Positions 34,640-48,929 are shown, counted from the whole stretch's first letter. The stretch is 63,099 nucleotides of DNA, filler included, from Dirinaria sp. TL-2023a (GCA_051941275.1; 15 parts of 15 records of this genome joined end to end with filler, not necessarily neighbours in it); one strand, 5' to 3'. Numbers and translations are program-made. Notes: a model not told the origin generated them from the letters alone.

Positions 34640-36673
34640 TTATCGTGCCCGTCCGATTTCATCTTCCCCGATTTCATCATTAGTATTATATCGCCACGAG
34701 CGTCGACGGGACGCATCCGCATCCGCGAGCCACGACATCGGGCGTCGATGCGTCGCCGCCGTCGCCGCCATCTCTTCATCATCCAGGCGCTTCTTCCGCC
34801 TCGTCCTCCCATCGTCATCCTCGCCATCGCCCGACTCATGTTCGTCCCCGCCCCTCCGCGTCGAAGCCCGCCTTGATGCTCGCCTTGATGCCTGCCTCGT
34901 CTCGGCCGGGGTCAGATGCCGGGACGACCGCCTCGACCTTCGCATCGTCTCCTCCCACTCCTTCGAAGCGTGCTTCAGCTCGTCGTCCATATGTCTCAGT
35001 GATCGTCTCGGCCGCCGTCCCATTTCTTCGTCCCACTTCCCCGAAGACCGAGAGCGCCGCATCTCCTGTACGATGTGTCTTGATGAAGTTCGTGCGGGCG
35101 GCTGTGGGCCTGGCGGTGCGCGGCTTATGGCTCCCTCGATCGGCCGACGCTGCTGCGTCGAGTATCGAGAAAGCCGCCGCATTGATTCATCCATGCTCTC
35201 CGACCTGCGGATCTCTTCCTCCAGATTGCGCGACAACCGGCCGGTTTCCAGGATCCCCTTCAATTCCTGGATCGGATCCGCAGTGCTGTACCGCAATGTC
35301 CTATCCCCCCTTTCACCCTCCTCCCGCGTCGGTACCCCATGGAGCGGCAGATGCAAGCTTGCGACGCTGGGTACAGAGCTCAACACCGGCTCGTTGCGCA
35401 CCCGTGCCACGTTCTCCATCATCTCCCTCTCCGCCCTCACTGCTGCACCTGTGCCAGGCAATCTCCTTTTTCGGTGTTGATCGCGCGTGTATTTGACATA
35501 GGCTTCGAAATCTTCGGGTTCATTGATGCCGTGTGAGGAGTTTCGAAAGCCGCGATGCCGCCACAGGCGTGTATACCAGCGCGAGCCTTTAGAGAGATTC
35601 TCATCGCTAGAGAGTCGAGAGGAAGAGGGAGGGCCGAAGAGATAGGTACGGATGAAGCGGATCAGAGGTTTCATCAACGGGATGCAGGCGGCGATCATGC
35701 CGAGGTTGATTTCAAATATCCGTGCCAGAGCGTTGCCCACTCCAACCCATGTTAGATCGTTCGATTTGATCTCCCATGATAGAGCAGTTCTGACAATACA
35801 CGCCGCGGCGGTGCTAATCATTGCCCATTAGCTGTTTGTTTTTCCCGCATAGTCCCTCGCGGGAACTTACACAACGCCCAAGCCCATCAACAGGCATAAT
35901 GCAACTTTACTCCGAAGCTTGATGTCGACGTTCCAGAGCAGGAAGATGGGAAACGCAGCGCCGATGAAATCTGTAACAATCGAAATGACTGGCAACGCTC
36001 AGTATGAGTTCTTCAGCTGATCCGTTGAACGAGACATACCACCCTGAGCAATAATAATTTTCTCAATCGTTGTCTTTGGGAAACAGTTTCCTTCCATTTC
36101 CTTATTCCAGTATTTTTGCACTGGGCGGCATTGGAAGATCAGCAAGAGCGTCAGCGGAACGTGGGTCAGTATCAAGAAAGCAATGAGCACTTGAAGGAAT
36201 TTTCGTAATCGGTCGAATTTGGAAAGGCGCATGAGGAAGAGGCAGATGGAGATTTTGGATATGGCGAGCGTGACAAAGACTTGGATCCAGTCGAGATAGT
36301 CGTAGCGAAGGTAGTGATTGTACTGGTACGGGGAGAGGTAGTGCAGGTGTCGTCCCAGGCCGTAGAATACTTCTGCCATCACGAAACCCATGCCGCAGGA
36401 ATTGACAATCTAAACACACGCCAGAGTCAACAGTTGCATTCCTTTTGCAGGCTTTGCCAGATCGTTCGAAGCCGTGAGAATATTTCTGACCTGAGCGAGC
36501 AGTATCGTAACATCGTCCCAGCCAAAGTTATGCGTTATCCATTTCCTCGTAATCAGTCTCAGCGCAACCATCACCGTTGCAGGGCCAAACACCATCCAAT
36601 TGATCCCCACAACGATCGGGCCCAGGTTGCGATTGTCCCCTCCAGACGCAGGAGGCGGGCCGGTGTTGCTCAT
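34640..36673 (-). CDS. PTH11-like/rhodopsin-domain membrane protein with long Arg/Glu/Ser-rich tail
   Basis: VALRL..GWDD, YGLGRH, SKISICLFLMRL, FQCRPV.KYW and EINLGMIAACIP; spliced. Confidence 0.88.
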
Positions 36674-38045
36674 GGTGACCCGCGATACGTGCTCCCGGGC
36701 GCCTCAGTTGTTTTCCGGTCGCGGCATACTGAGACATGCGCTGCCCGACCCGTCGCTAGAATTATATGTCTGCGAAGACTCGTGGTTGGAAAAGACCCGC
36801 CCGTACGGAGGTGTCCACACCGCAGGGTGAGGTTCGGTTGAACGTGAATGGGCGACTTCGGTGAAAGACGAAATATAGGGCATTCGTGCTAGTTTATCAC
36901 AGGGTCGACGCCATGAAGAGGCCGGTCTCTGTCGATCCCTTCCTTCGGGCAGGAATTGGCCCTGACGCAGCGCTAATCCTAACTGGCCGAGCGACGCATG
37001 CCCATGGGTTTGTGTCCTGCTTACGGAGTGGCAGATAGAAGAAATAGGACCCTTTCACATTAACAATTATTCTAGTTGAATCTGTTGTGTTTTTGAAATG
37101 AACGGTTCGTGATGATTTTGGGTCTGCGAAATCAGATGTCATCCCTCGCCACCCAGTCGCACACTCTTTCCCACAAGCGGCTCGTAAACAGGGCGGCGTT
37201 GGGACGGTCCTTCTCCAATTACCATCCTAGCCCGGGACCCCGGACTGGAGAAGAAAAAGGGATGGGTGGGGATTGGAGGACAAATTCTCCGAAATGCTGC
37301 ATGCCCCGCATATATTTGTGCAGGATCCGTGCGAAGAAGACGACGACTAGATGGAAGAGGAAAGAGAAGCAAGAGCTGAATGACTCGTTGATAGCCGTCA
37401 GATGAGTGGGTGGTGGTCCACACTACCAGGGAGTTGGTATTTACTTGGTAACTTGGTTGGCAGTTGGCCGGTGTGGAGGGCAGACGTCATTGGCGCGCCT
37501 GTGACCGGGTTTCAAACAGCGCGGCAGCGGCTGCCAATCATCGACAATCATTGACTGTTTGATGATAGGCTGAAATGGGGTAAGGTAGGTAACGAACACG
37601 AGGGAATAATGATGGGCACAGGGCAAGCCTCCATCCAGAGGTACCTTACCTACTTCATGCGAGTGGGTCCTTCTAGAAGCATTGGATACTTCGTACTAAA
37701 ATAGGTAGATCTCGTCATCCTGCAACCCACTTCGTATCGATGTCAGATCAAATCATGTACATATGTACTTCGGGAGATGGAGTCAAGCTAAGGATACGGA
37801 GGTACACTCCACTACTACTACTAACGGAATACACTCACGAAGGGACTCACACCACCATAATGCTTTACACATAAAAGCCCGTTACTAATTGCTCCTACAC
37901 AGTAATGCTTCTAATGGCAGATAATAACAGTGTAGGCCTCACCCCNNNNNNNNNNNNNNNNNNNNNNNNNNNNNNNNNNNNNNNNNNNNTTAATTAATTA
38001 ANNNNNNNNNNNNNNNNNNNNNNNNNNNNNNNNNNNNNNNNNNNN

Positions 38046-38362
38046 CTTGTTGCCCTTCACGGCCGGCACGTTCTTGTACGTGGGCACTGTAGCTGTCATC
38101 CCGGAGTTGCTGGAGACGGGCTCGGATAAAGCGGTTGAGGTGAGGAAGACGGCGATGCAGTTTCTGGCTATGGCTGTTGGGGCGGGGATTATGCTTGGGT
38201 GAGTTTCTTTCCTTGTTTCTTTTCTTTTTTTTTTTTTTTCCTTCTTTTTTATCTATTTCCTGCTCTCTACTCTACTCTATTCTACTCTTGATACGCAGTT
38301 ACGAAACGTGTATATGTATATCGCTAATCCGGGATTTGATTTTTAGGATATCTTGGTCATAA
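38046..38362 (+). CDS. 3' end of a ZIP zinc transporter (YKE4/ZIP7-like)
   Basis: LLPFTAGTFLYVGTVAVIPELLE..QFLAMAVGAGIML, then an intron, then ISWS*. Confidence 0.82.
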
Positions 38363-38743
38363 GGCAGGCGAAAATTCAACTGGGTCATGGTGTTATTTGC
38401 AGCGCTGTGGATAAGGTAATAGGGAGGTAGGTACATTTCCAATTTAGAGGAAAATGGACACAAAATAGCTAGAGATGGCCCCAAAAAGGGGGTTTCCAAC
38501 AGGGCTGAAAGACTTCTTTTAACACATAGGCTTAAATCGTGGGAGTCTTTACCCACTCAACCAATGTGAAGCCGACTCTCCTTCATTCTTTCTCCTGCAG
38601 AAATGCAAATTCCTAATTAACTACATTATCGATTCTACTCTAATCTTACCCCCTTGGATTCATTGATTACTTCCGAAGCCATCGCTAGCTACCTTACACT
38701 TTCTATCTACCCTCCAATTTCCCCAGAAAAAATGAGATCCCAA

Positions 38744-39784
38744 TCACGCTACCATGCCCACCGCGAACCCAACCGCCACGATTAGTGCCGCGTTCACGCC
38801 CGTCCTCGTCCTCGTCCTGTCCGCGCTGCCTCCGGACGTGAATGGCTCGATCGAGGGACTTGGGGTTGCGCCGCCCCCGCCCCCGCCCCCAGTGGCCAGT
38901 GCAGTGGCTGCAGAGTCTTGCCCTGTCGCGTTGGGATACAGCCCGGCTCCACTGCCTGGTGCGAGAGGGACGGGGGAGGTGGGTGCGAGATTGAGGCCGG
39001 AGGAGTATGCGCCGGTGGAAGGGAAAGTGGTGGGGGGCAAGGAAGGGTCGGTTGAGATGGTTAGGGTTGAGGTTCCATCTGAGGGGTCAGTCGAGGCAGC
39101 GGGATCGGAAGGGTCAGTTGACGCAGCGGGATCCGCGGTCGTGAAGGAGCTGACTGCTGAGGAGCTTCCCGGATCTAAAGAGGCGGTACGAGTACCGGTT
39201 GCATTAGCGGCCGGGGGGGGATCGCTGCCAGAGGTGCTGTTCGAGCCGGAAGTGGCATTGCATTTCGCATCCCCCTGCGCGATGGTGAAGTTCGTCCCGT
39301 TGTCCGGGTACACGATCCCGTTATACGAGCAGGCCGCGTCGCCCGCGGTGCGCGAGCATTGCCAGCATAAAGCGTTTTTGATGCCTACTGGGGGAATGCC
39401 GTCGAGACTAGATGTGGGTTGGGCGTGAGTTTGAGGGCGATGGGTAAGGGGGAAGAAGGGGGGACTTACTTGTCATCGCAGTTCCCAGGCTGGCCGACGG
39501 TTCCGTTGCATCGGATGATGATGTTTTGGACCAGGGAGTCGGAGCCGCAGAAGGCGGTTTTTCCGGGGGGGCAGGTGAAGGTGTCGTTGTTGGGGTTGCT
39601 GGGGTGGGTTAGTTGCTATGATTTTTTCCTCTGATTTCAGGGTCGAGAAGTGGTTTTCCAAGAGGGTGGCAGATGTGATTGAGGATGTTTTCGATAGAAA
39701 AGGGGATTTTGCTTACAAGGTATATTGTGCGCCAGCGAAAGCCGTGACGGACAAGATAGTCCCAATGACAAAAGTATTCCTCAT
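38744..39784 (-). CDS. Secreted Cys-rich, Ser/Thr-rich, probably GPI-anchored cell-surface protein
   Basis: Signal peptide MRNTFVIGTILSVTAFAGA, Cys domain (CPPGKTAFC..IIIRC..GQPGNC), S/T/P stalk with DPAASTDPS x2, and a hydrophobic C-terminus; 2 introns. Confidence 0.78.
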
Positions 39785-40572
39785 TTCTGTGATACGCAAA
39801 TCCAGATAATCTGCTTGGTATGAAAAGATGCTGGAATTTGAGATAGTCACCAGAAGATTTGAAGGGAAGTTTTGGGAATGGGGAATGCCTGAAGAAGAAG
39901 AAGAATGCACAGAAGAAAGATAGAAGATGAAGGGGGAGAAAAAAAGTGTGTGCACTTATGATTATGCTTTTTTTGTATCTTACTTTCCCTAATGTTGGGA
40001 GGGGGACCAAACAAAAAAAACCTCGAGTGTTGTCTCAGTAGTTTCGAGGATCCCTAGACTTTTGGTTTTAAGGTTGCATATGGAGAAAGAGAGAGAGACT
40101 CGTTGCTAAGCGAAGACACCAAGGGTTCACAGTTCACTCCTCATTCCCTGTTACTTTCTTCCCCAGAAACCCAAGTCTACAGAGTTTCCAAGGGTCTCGT
40201 AACGACCGCAGTCATCCTTCATCAAAAAAATGTCTGAGAGGTAAGGGTATTGCGTCACAGGTTGATACCGGCTGTCTAACATTGCTCTAGAACCTTTCTA
40301 GGGGCGTTGCCCCGCAACCGCGTTGCGGAAGCGAATTAGAGGAGCGCATGTACGGAGTAGCTTCATACCTGACGTGCAGTATGCGTCAAGCAGGCAAAAC
40401 CACATGCATCTCACCACAAGGATCTGTGTTTCAAAGTTGGTTCTCGCAGATTTGGCAACAACGAAACCCTGAGCATACCTTACATACATACATACTTTAT
40501 TGCATTAGGTTCAAGCAGGTCCCAAGCGAAGCTTATACAAACATCGTCGACCTTGGCTTTGAGTTTATGAGG

Positions 40573-41851
40573 ATGGTCTACGAATCGCAGCTGTCGTTTA
40601 CGCTGGATATAATATGCCCGTGGTGAGTTTTAGATGTCTGAATTCAAAATTCTACCTTTCTCGATTGTCCCACCTAGCTACGCGATTGTCGAGCGCATAC
40701 ATTGGAATACTGCTGACCTCGGCACTTGCCTTCAGGACGTATCTAGCTAAGAAACGGTAGTCTTCCAGACTCTGAGAAGTAATTGATAGAGCTGCCTCAA
40801 AGGCTAATTCTGCCTGTCTGTGGTGCATAGACTGGATGAAGGTGGGGAAAGACTCTATTCTACTAGCTCCGCACTCTTGCTGTGACTTGTGACTCCATTG
40901 GCATCTTTCCCCTATGACCTCTTGTTCCTTATGAAAGATGCATATCATTATGCTTGAATAGTTTCTTTCCTTCCAAATGGCCATTGCTTGACCTAACGGA
41001 CTCATCATCCTAGCATTACGTCAATTCAGACAGCTACCGGCATCTAAAGAAGTCAATTTCACGGTCAAGTTCTTCCCTTACCAGCTCTATCCTGATGCCA
41101 GCAAAGAAGGGGAGGACAAATATGAGTGGTAGGCACTTATTCTTCAATTGCAGTCGCTTCAAAAGCCCGCTTGATGCCTTGTAAATGCCTTTCCAGTTTT
41201 CAGATACTAGATACAGCATCCAAGATACAGCAGAAGACCCGTTCTCTACGTGCACACTTTACGTAAGCTAATTCTATAATCCAGGTATAAGCGAGCGAAA
41301 TACAACGACTCGGAAGAGAAGATGCAGAAATACACGACGCTCATGGCAGCGTATGGCAAAGACGCAGGCATCGACTTCAACTTCCAAGGCACCGTAGCCA
41401 ACACAATCGACGCCCACCGCCTGATCCAGTACTGTCAAGAAACCAAGGGTCCAGAAGCCTCTAACAAGGTTGTGGATTGTAAATGACTCTTATCCTCGCC
41501 ATGGCCCCTGATCATCCTCCTCTTCGCAAGTTTCGTATCAAGCGGCTAACCGACTCAGCACTCTACGCCCAATACTTCACCGCCGCGGCTCATCCTTCCT
41601 CCTACGATACGCTTCTGAAAGCAGCGCTCGATGCCAGCATACCGCAACCAGATGCCGAAGCCTTCATCAGCGACGAGTTTGAGGGGCTGGCAGAGACCAG
41701 GATGCTGATTCGTGAGCAAGCCAGCAATGGCGTCGACAGCGTGGCGTATATTGTCATCGAGGGGAAGAGAAGAGATTTCACGCTCGAAGGAGCAAAGGAA
41801 GTTGCGGAGTATGTAAAAGCGCTTGAAGGGGTTGCAAAGGAGGCCTACTGA
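40573..41851 (+). CDS. DSBA/FrnE-like thioredoxin-fold protein
   Basis: FTLDIICPW-TYLAKKR, PYQLYP, ANTIDAHRL and NGVDSV..IEGKRRDFTLEGA. Confidence 0.85.
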
Positions 41852-42379
41852 ACTGGCGAATGTTTGGAGTCCGTTGGGCAATACCGCCTCTTGGATATCG
41901 TCTACTTCTCGTTGCTTTTTCTGTTGGCTTGTGATGGTCGATCTTGAATCTTGATGATTCCAGTCTACTTATGTAAATGATATAAACAGCGCCACACCAC
42001 CATATTCTGCTGGCGCGCCAACCCTCCTCACTAGGTCAATTTCACCGAATAATGCATCCATTTCTCTGCTCTGACAGGGTGCAAGCTTTTCGCAGACGGT
42101 TTGAAGAAGTGACGATGGACCGAATGATCATGACAGCGCCATNNNNNNNNNNNNNNNNNNNNNNNNNNNNNNNNNNNNNNNNNNNNTTAATTAATTAANN
42201 NNNNNNNNNNNNNNNNNNNNNNNNNNNNNNNNNNNNNNNNNNCTTTACGGTAGATATACTAATATCCGTCCAAAAAAAATATACATCTCATAATGATACA
42301 TGTAAACTTCCATGCCGCCAACCTAACCCTTTGCATCCTTCCTGAATTCGGTATGTAAGACTTACTACTTCGCGATCAC

Positions 42380-43674
42380 CTACCAATTGCTCGTCGTCGG
42401 CTTCAATTTCTCGTTCTGGATGATCTGCATTGCAACCCAACAATCAGTGTAAGTCAGCGCCAGAAAAATCCAAAAAAAAAAAAAAAAATAAAATAAAATA
42501 AAAAATAAAAATAAAAAATCTCACCTCAACCCAATACCCATCGGGATCCAGCAAAAACGCCACATTCCTCATCCGCCCTTCCGTCAACCTCTTCTTCCAC
42601 CTTACCCCTCCCCCGCGTCCTCCTTCAAACCTCTGACACGCCGCCTCCAAATCATCCACGCTGACCGCGATATGGCCGAAGCCCTGCGGCTCGTCGTTGC
42701 CGTTGTGGTACGCGAAACCCGCATCCTTCTCCGTGCCGTAGTTCCAGGTCAATTCGAGCAGGCCTTCGCGGTGCGCCGTGGGCTGGTTTCTGGTGTCGTC
42801 TTTGTTGGCGATGGAGGTGGGGGTAGGGGAAGTACCGTCGTAGCCGAGGAAATAGAGATTGAAGCCCGCGGCGCCGTTTTCGGATGTTCGGAGTAAAGTC
42901 ATGCCCATTGTTTCTTGGTAGAATTTGGGGGAGGCGGAGGGGTCTTTTATGCGGATCATGGTGTGGTTCTTTTTTTTTTTTTGGTGGGGGAAAAGGGGGG
43001 AGGGTTAGTTACAGTATACTCCAGAGTCTGGGTCAGGGGAGGGGGGACGTGAGTTACCATGCGATAGGCCGCGGGGTCCGTTTGCTTAATACCTTCCGTC
43101 TGATCCGCCGGCTTCTGCCCCACGATCTCCACCCAGTAGCTATCCGGGTCCAGAGCAAATGCTATAGATCGCATGCGGCCGTCGGTCAGTTTCTTCTGGA
43201 ACCTGTACCCGGCGTCCTCGAGCCGTTGGCACGCGGCCTGGATATTATCCACGCTGATGCAGATGTGTCCGAACCCCTTCCCCGGCTCCGAGTTGCCGTT
43301 GGCGATTTTAAAATTCGCGTCGTTTTCGCTGCCGTAGTTGTGCGTGAGCTCGACCACGCCTTCGCGGTCGGACCAGTGGTTCCCGGGGGACGCGGCGCGG
43401 GGGCTGTCGTAGGCTAGGAAGTACAGGTCGAATTTGTTCTCTGGGAACTCGAGTTTGCGGATTTGGGTCATGCCCAGGAAGGAGTAGAATTTGACTGCTG
43501 GTTGTATGAGTTATTGAGGGGGTTTCCCCGAGATTGCAAAGGGAATTGTACCGGATTCTTTTGGGTCCTTCACTCGTAGCATTGAGTCTGCCGGTTTTGT
43601 CAATTGGCTCTGGGGGGATTTTGGCAAGAGTGTGGCATACGATTGAACTTGTATTTGGAGGTATCGGTCGCCAT
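42380..43674 (-). CDS. GLO1: Glyoxalase I (two-domain lactoylglutathione lyase)
   Basis: Two repeats of NH.M.R.KDP, ELT(H/W)NYG, GFGHI and DPD(S/G)YWVE. Confidence 0.95.
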
Positions 43675-44473
43675 GGTTGCGTAGGTAGATTTGCCTGCGT
43701 CTCATCAGCTTTTAGAGAGTGTTAAAAAGGGTTTTGAGAAGCCAAAACCCGCATACTGGTGATCGGAATGATGGTTCTGGAGCTCTGTCTAGGGACTATC
43801 TGGCGAGACAACAGGCGTAATCTTTGCATATATGGCGGGCAATATAAGCAGCCTCATTAGAGAGCTCTGATTAGTTCGGCACCTGCTGTATCATTAGATG
43901 TGTTGATGATGTCAGGCAAAGTTATGCCAAGGAGCCAAGGATGCCGATTCGATGCTTGGCATGCAGCCGGAATCTGGGGAAGTTGCAGGGGCCAGGATTG
44001 GTTAAAGCAATTGAATTACCTTACCTTTAAGACTTCTTTTCTTTGAGCAAACACTGCCATCTGAATCAACCTCAATTGGTGAAAGAAAGTGATTCTCCTG
44101 GCACACAACCTGTGGGTACATCTGACACAACAAAAAACCTGCTGCTCTTCAGATTGTGATACAAGATCTGAAGAATTGAAACCAGTACATACAGTGAGAC
44201 CACCTGCCCCTGAGTATCTGAGGTCTGTTCTTCTCTGTCTCCTACTTGGCTCTTTTCATGAGAAAAAACCTAGTGTCTATCAATCTCGATTTGATGACCG
44301 CAAAGCTTGTTATCTTATCTCGTTGTTCATCAATCACTGCTACGAAGCCACTACTCGTTAGTGAAAGCACAGTGTAGGCGCGTTCTACGCGTTTGAAAGT
44401 GAGGGTAAGCACTCGACCTTCTCAGCTTCCTATTGCAACCGCTCGTTTGTTTGTTTCGCAGCACACTCCCAAG

Positions 44474-46051
44474 ATGTCTGACATGCAAGCAGAACACAGC
44501 GAACTCTCTCAGGAGAGTCCACAAGAAGAGAATCCTCTCACATCACCTACTCAACAGCAGTCTGATACCACAAATACAGAGGAGGCAAGTGGTCATTAAT
44601 ATCTGTGATCGTTCTTGCAACACTGACTTCGATGATCGACTAGCTGAATCAAGCTGCAAAGCCAGACTCAGTCACACACGCTCCGGTAGAAACAGCCACA
44701 TCTTTTTCACCAGCTAATATCGAACCGGGTTCCACTACTGTTTTCTCTCCATTTACAGCAGTCTCACTAGAAACTTCTGAGCCAATTGAAGAGTCAACCA
44801 CCTCTCATTCGCCGGCTGAAACCAGCAAAAGTGCTCAAGAAGAGAAGGAGAAGGTGAAAGAGCATAGACCCAGTTCTTCCAAGTCTATCATCCAACATCC
44901 GTCGCTTAGCCCTGCGACAGCCTCAACCTTTAATACTTTATCGACTAATTTATCTCCAGCTACTTCGCCAGTAGCAGATTGTCTGAGGCAGGCAGCACAG
45001 AGCAGTACACATAATACCAGTACAAAGGATAGGAAGCCTTCTATCTTGCGCTCTGCTCAAGCAGCTTTTCCTACAGCTGGCACACAGCTAACCTCGGCTC
45101 CGTGTTCGATATCACTTGACGAGAGACTTAAAGAGGCGGCGCGTAACGCTAAGCTAAACCAGGGAAATATCAATTTGAACGAAGCCAGATCTTCAAGCCA
45201 GCGTGAGCCTAGTGACAGCTTCAAGACCAGAACACCTGCTGCTGCGCATAAAGCGACAGCTCCAGAAACCTCGAAGCCGTTTAAAGCCAAGCCGGACCCG
45301 GTTCTTTCCCCTGTCGTTCAGCATTTACTCCACTATCAACGAGGCCGGCATAACCAGCCGTTAAGTGAAGTATCTAAATCAAGTGAAGCGTCCCCAGGGT
45401 CCAAGTCTGACGACGACGACGACGACGACCCAATTTTCAAGTGGACTCCGAGCATTCCATCCAAAGACGTCAAAATGATCAACGCCAAAGCCATCTGCTC
45501 GCTTCTGACCGAGAACATGGACGAGAACGCGTCAGACTGGGTGTAAGGCTTCTCCTAGATCATTTGGAATCGTAGGTAGACTGATGGGTAACTCTAGGTT
45601 CTTCACCGTCAACGGCTCCGTGCTTGGCTACGCCGACAACACCAGCATCGCCTTGAGCCGCGAAATCGGAGCCATGGTCGGTGGTGCGTGGCGTTGCCAC
45701 GACCACGCGATCTTGAACGACGATGCATCGTCTACGGAGACCGCCAAAACCTTCTGCAAGACGATCGAAGTCATCCCACATGAGGAGAAGGCGGCTGGCC
45801 TACGGGCCTTGGTTGTGGAGTTGGAAGGCATGGTGGCGGCTGTCCACATCGTCAAGCAGCGCTTGCTCGTCGCTGCCATGCTGCCAAAGGAGAAGTTCGA
45901 GCAGGGCGAGGCGGCGTCTGTCAGCAGCGGGGAGGAGAGCGCACCCAAACCGCCGAGCAAGCAGCAGATCCTGCTGTGGCGCGCTGAGGGGATGGCGGAG
46001 GAATTACGGGGGGACTTGGCGGATTTCGAGCTGCCCAAGGACTTTTACTAA
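44474..46051 (+). CDS. Hypothetical protein: disordered N-terminus, possible roadblock/LAMTOR2-like C-terminus
   Basis: Spliced frames. C-terminal MINAKAICSLLTEN..FFTVNGSVLGYA..LVVELEGMVAAV..LLVAA shows a roadblock-like helix/strand pattern. Confidence 0.6.
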
Positions 46052-47699
46052 GTGGGGCTCATCATACATCACATCAGTGATCCGGTTGCTTTTTCTACTT
46101 CTTTTACTTCTTGTGCTTCTTTTGCTTCTGACAGCTCTACGAGTAAGTTATGGGACATTTGAATTGGTAGTATTTCTACCAGGCGTTTAGGCAGCGAGGG
46201 AGATACCCCGAGTAGCGGTGACTACTGTCAATTGCATCTGCAGAGATTAGAGAATATGACAATTTTTCAGCTCTTGCTTGGTACATATATGTATCCGACC
46301 TTCCAATTTATTCCTGCCCCACAACCCCCGCCTTAATCCNNNNNNNNNNNNNNNNNNNNNNNNNNNNNNNNNNNNNNNNNNNNTTAATTAATTAANNNNN
46401 NNNNNNNNNNNNNNNNNNNNNNNNNNNNNNNNNNNNNNNGTGTTTATGAGGTAGAGGACAATATCTGTCAATTAATCCCTCGAACCTTCCCGGGACAAAA
46501 TCTGACATCGAAAACAGGGAACTTTCACCTATCGCTATCATTGCTGGTGAAATCAAACGAAAGCGAGATGAACTATGCTACTCGTCGACCCTATACGCCT
46601 TCCTTACCACACTTTCATAGCGAATCTTCTACCGCAACTTAATTCCTAACGGAAACATTGATCTCATTGAAGAAGTTCTTCATTCTTCTCTCTTATCAAT
46701 CACAATCATAGATCTGAAACCGGACGAGAAATCCTCTCGATTCTATGATGCGATGGTATCGAGATTGGAGACAGAGAGCGAGGAAGCGCAGAGTTTAGAG
46801 ATTATGAGAGATTCATTTCGAAATCTGTTTCGGCGATGTTGACCTTGAATGAGTACTTTAATTTCGATATTGTCGACCCGGGATGCATTTTCTTACTTTT
46901 CGACAGCTTTCACTAATCTGGTAAACATTTGAACAGCAACCGCAATGCTCTATCCGCGCTTGCCTTGGATTTTAAAGACGTCATATCCAGCAATTCGCGT
47001 CGGTAAAAAAGCCATCGGGCGAACATCAATAATTATGATAATAAGGTTTGAGGCCACGTAGGCAGATGCCATATTTGGAAATTTAGGCAAGATCGGAATC
47101 CTAGGGCAAATGCTCCTTATGATAGGAATAGGAGCTCCCAATAGCATGAATTATGACATATTTTAGCGCTATCTCGACTGAACAAGCGGCGCATTGATTC
47201 ATGTTTGTGATTGCTCTCTAGCTATGACTTAACCAGCTTCAAGAGATTGTCGAATTGAGGAGAGATTTTCGTTGACAGACTTATCCATCGTCATGTCGTA
47301 AACATCTTTTGTCACGAGATACCAAGATTTCGATGAATTAGATTTCTTATAAGTCGATACTCGTTTGATGTGATTTCTTATGAAATGTTTTACTGTACAG
47401 GGGCTGCATGTGCTCGAGTAGTTCAGTACTGTTCGCCTTCAAATTCCGTAGGAGCGGTGTGCGCGTCTCAGCAAGCAGTTGGAAACTGGTCAGATCTGTC
47501 CGCACAGAGTTCATGGAGCCACAGTAACCCCGAATCTAGCCTTATACCTCCAGATCGCAAGCTTCATCTGGATGCAACATCGCTCTTGTCAGTTGTGCGC
47601 ATGTTCGTCTAGTCGTCGGCCGTCTTCCTTAGCCGCATCTTCTCATCGCCGTCCCAATTCTTGGTGATGAACATACAGCGCTGCAGAGTCTTTCAATAT

Positions 47700-47900
47700 G
47701 GTGATTCTTCGGCAGCCAATCAATGAGTCTCTGTTTCGCAAGATTCAGCGCTCCAGTCTTGTCTATGATATCTCTCTGTGCGCGCCCTTTTTGACGAGGT
47801 TCTTCACTGCGTGCACATTCCCCCTGGAAAACAGCAATAGTGAGAGCAGTTGCTTTTGAGAAGATGGCGTTGCAGCGGTAGTTGAGCTGCCACTGCTCTC
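47700..47900 (-). pseudogene. Frameshifted ankyrin-repeat remnant
   Basis: Joining frames gives TALTIAVF-RGNVHAVKNLVKKGAH-DIIDKTG-ALNLA. Confidence 0.4.
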
Positions 47901-48929
47901 GGGCGTGATTATCAATGACAAGAGTAAAGGTGCCAATAATCTCCTTCTTCCAGCAATCCAGCTATGCAAACTGGCATGGATAGCTCTGCAGTCAGCTGTA
48001 GAGCACCATTTTATTTTTTTTTGCTGGCTTACTCTAAGGGGATTCGATGAGCGCTTCTTTCTTGGAACAGCATTCCATTAGATATTGTACTCAGCCACCG
48101 TGGGACAGGAATGGGATAAGTGTTTGGAATGGAAGTGAAGAAGTACCCAGTGGCGGCTGTGGTGTGGGCTCAATCTTCCCGTCATGACGGGCGATAATCT
48201 AGGGTTGGTCCGGGGTTCGCTTGGGAGAGGAGCCTTCAAGGAGCAAATTTCAGACAAACTGAAATTTCGTTCTAATCTTAATGTTCCACCAGTGTTAGTA
48301 AAGTTGAGACGCTGAGTGTATGTCTTTGAAACCTTCTAAACCTGTAGCTTGCCACTGCCACTCTCAGCAGATTCGCCAGATCGAGCTTAGCATTCCTGGC
48401 AACACTTTTGCGCGTCTTCTTCACGTGAGTCTTCCAGAGACCTGTGTTAGCTTTTATCACAATTACTCTACGGAGGGAAGCACAATTTGTGGCTGTCTCT
48501 TTGCTTCTTTTTAGAAGGGTTGGCTCATATATTCTTTATCAAAGGCTTTCGAAGTCGAAATGAAGTGAAGGAGCATACTCTTCGTCATCGAGCAATAGGC
48601 GAAAAGACGCCTGAACCTAATATTCGATCGCTGTGCTGTATTCGATCCCTAACGAGTATGGCCTCTCATGGTATCACACAGACAACGGAGACGCCAGATG
48701 GAATTATTTCTCAAAGACCAAGACAAACTGCCCGTCGAGGTGCCCGTCGATAAGCCTGGCCAGCGTACTATAGCAGACTTGTTCACAGCTGACGAACTAG
48801 CCCGCCTGTTTCGTCAAGGGGAATTGGTCGGCATCAAGCAGATTTAAGCGATATACACCCGAGACAAGGCAACGGAATCCAAGACGAAGACTATCTCTCA
48901 ACGAAGCGTGTCCAGCAACGTCAGTCAAT

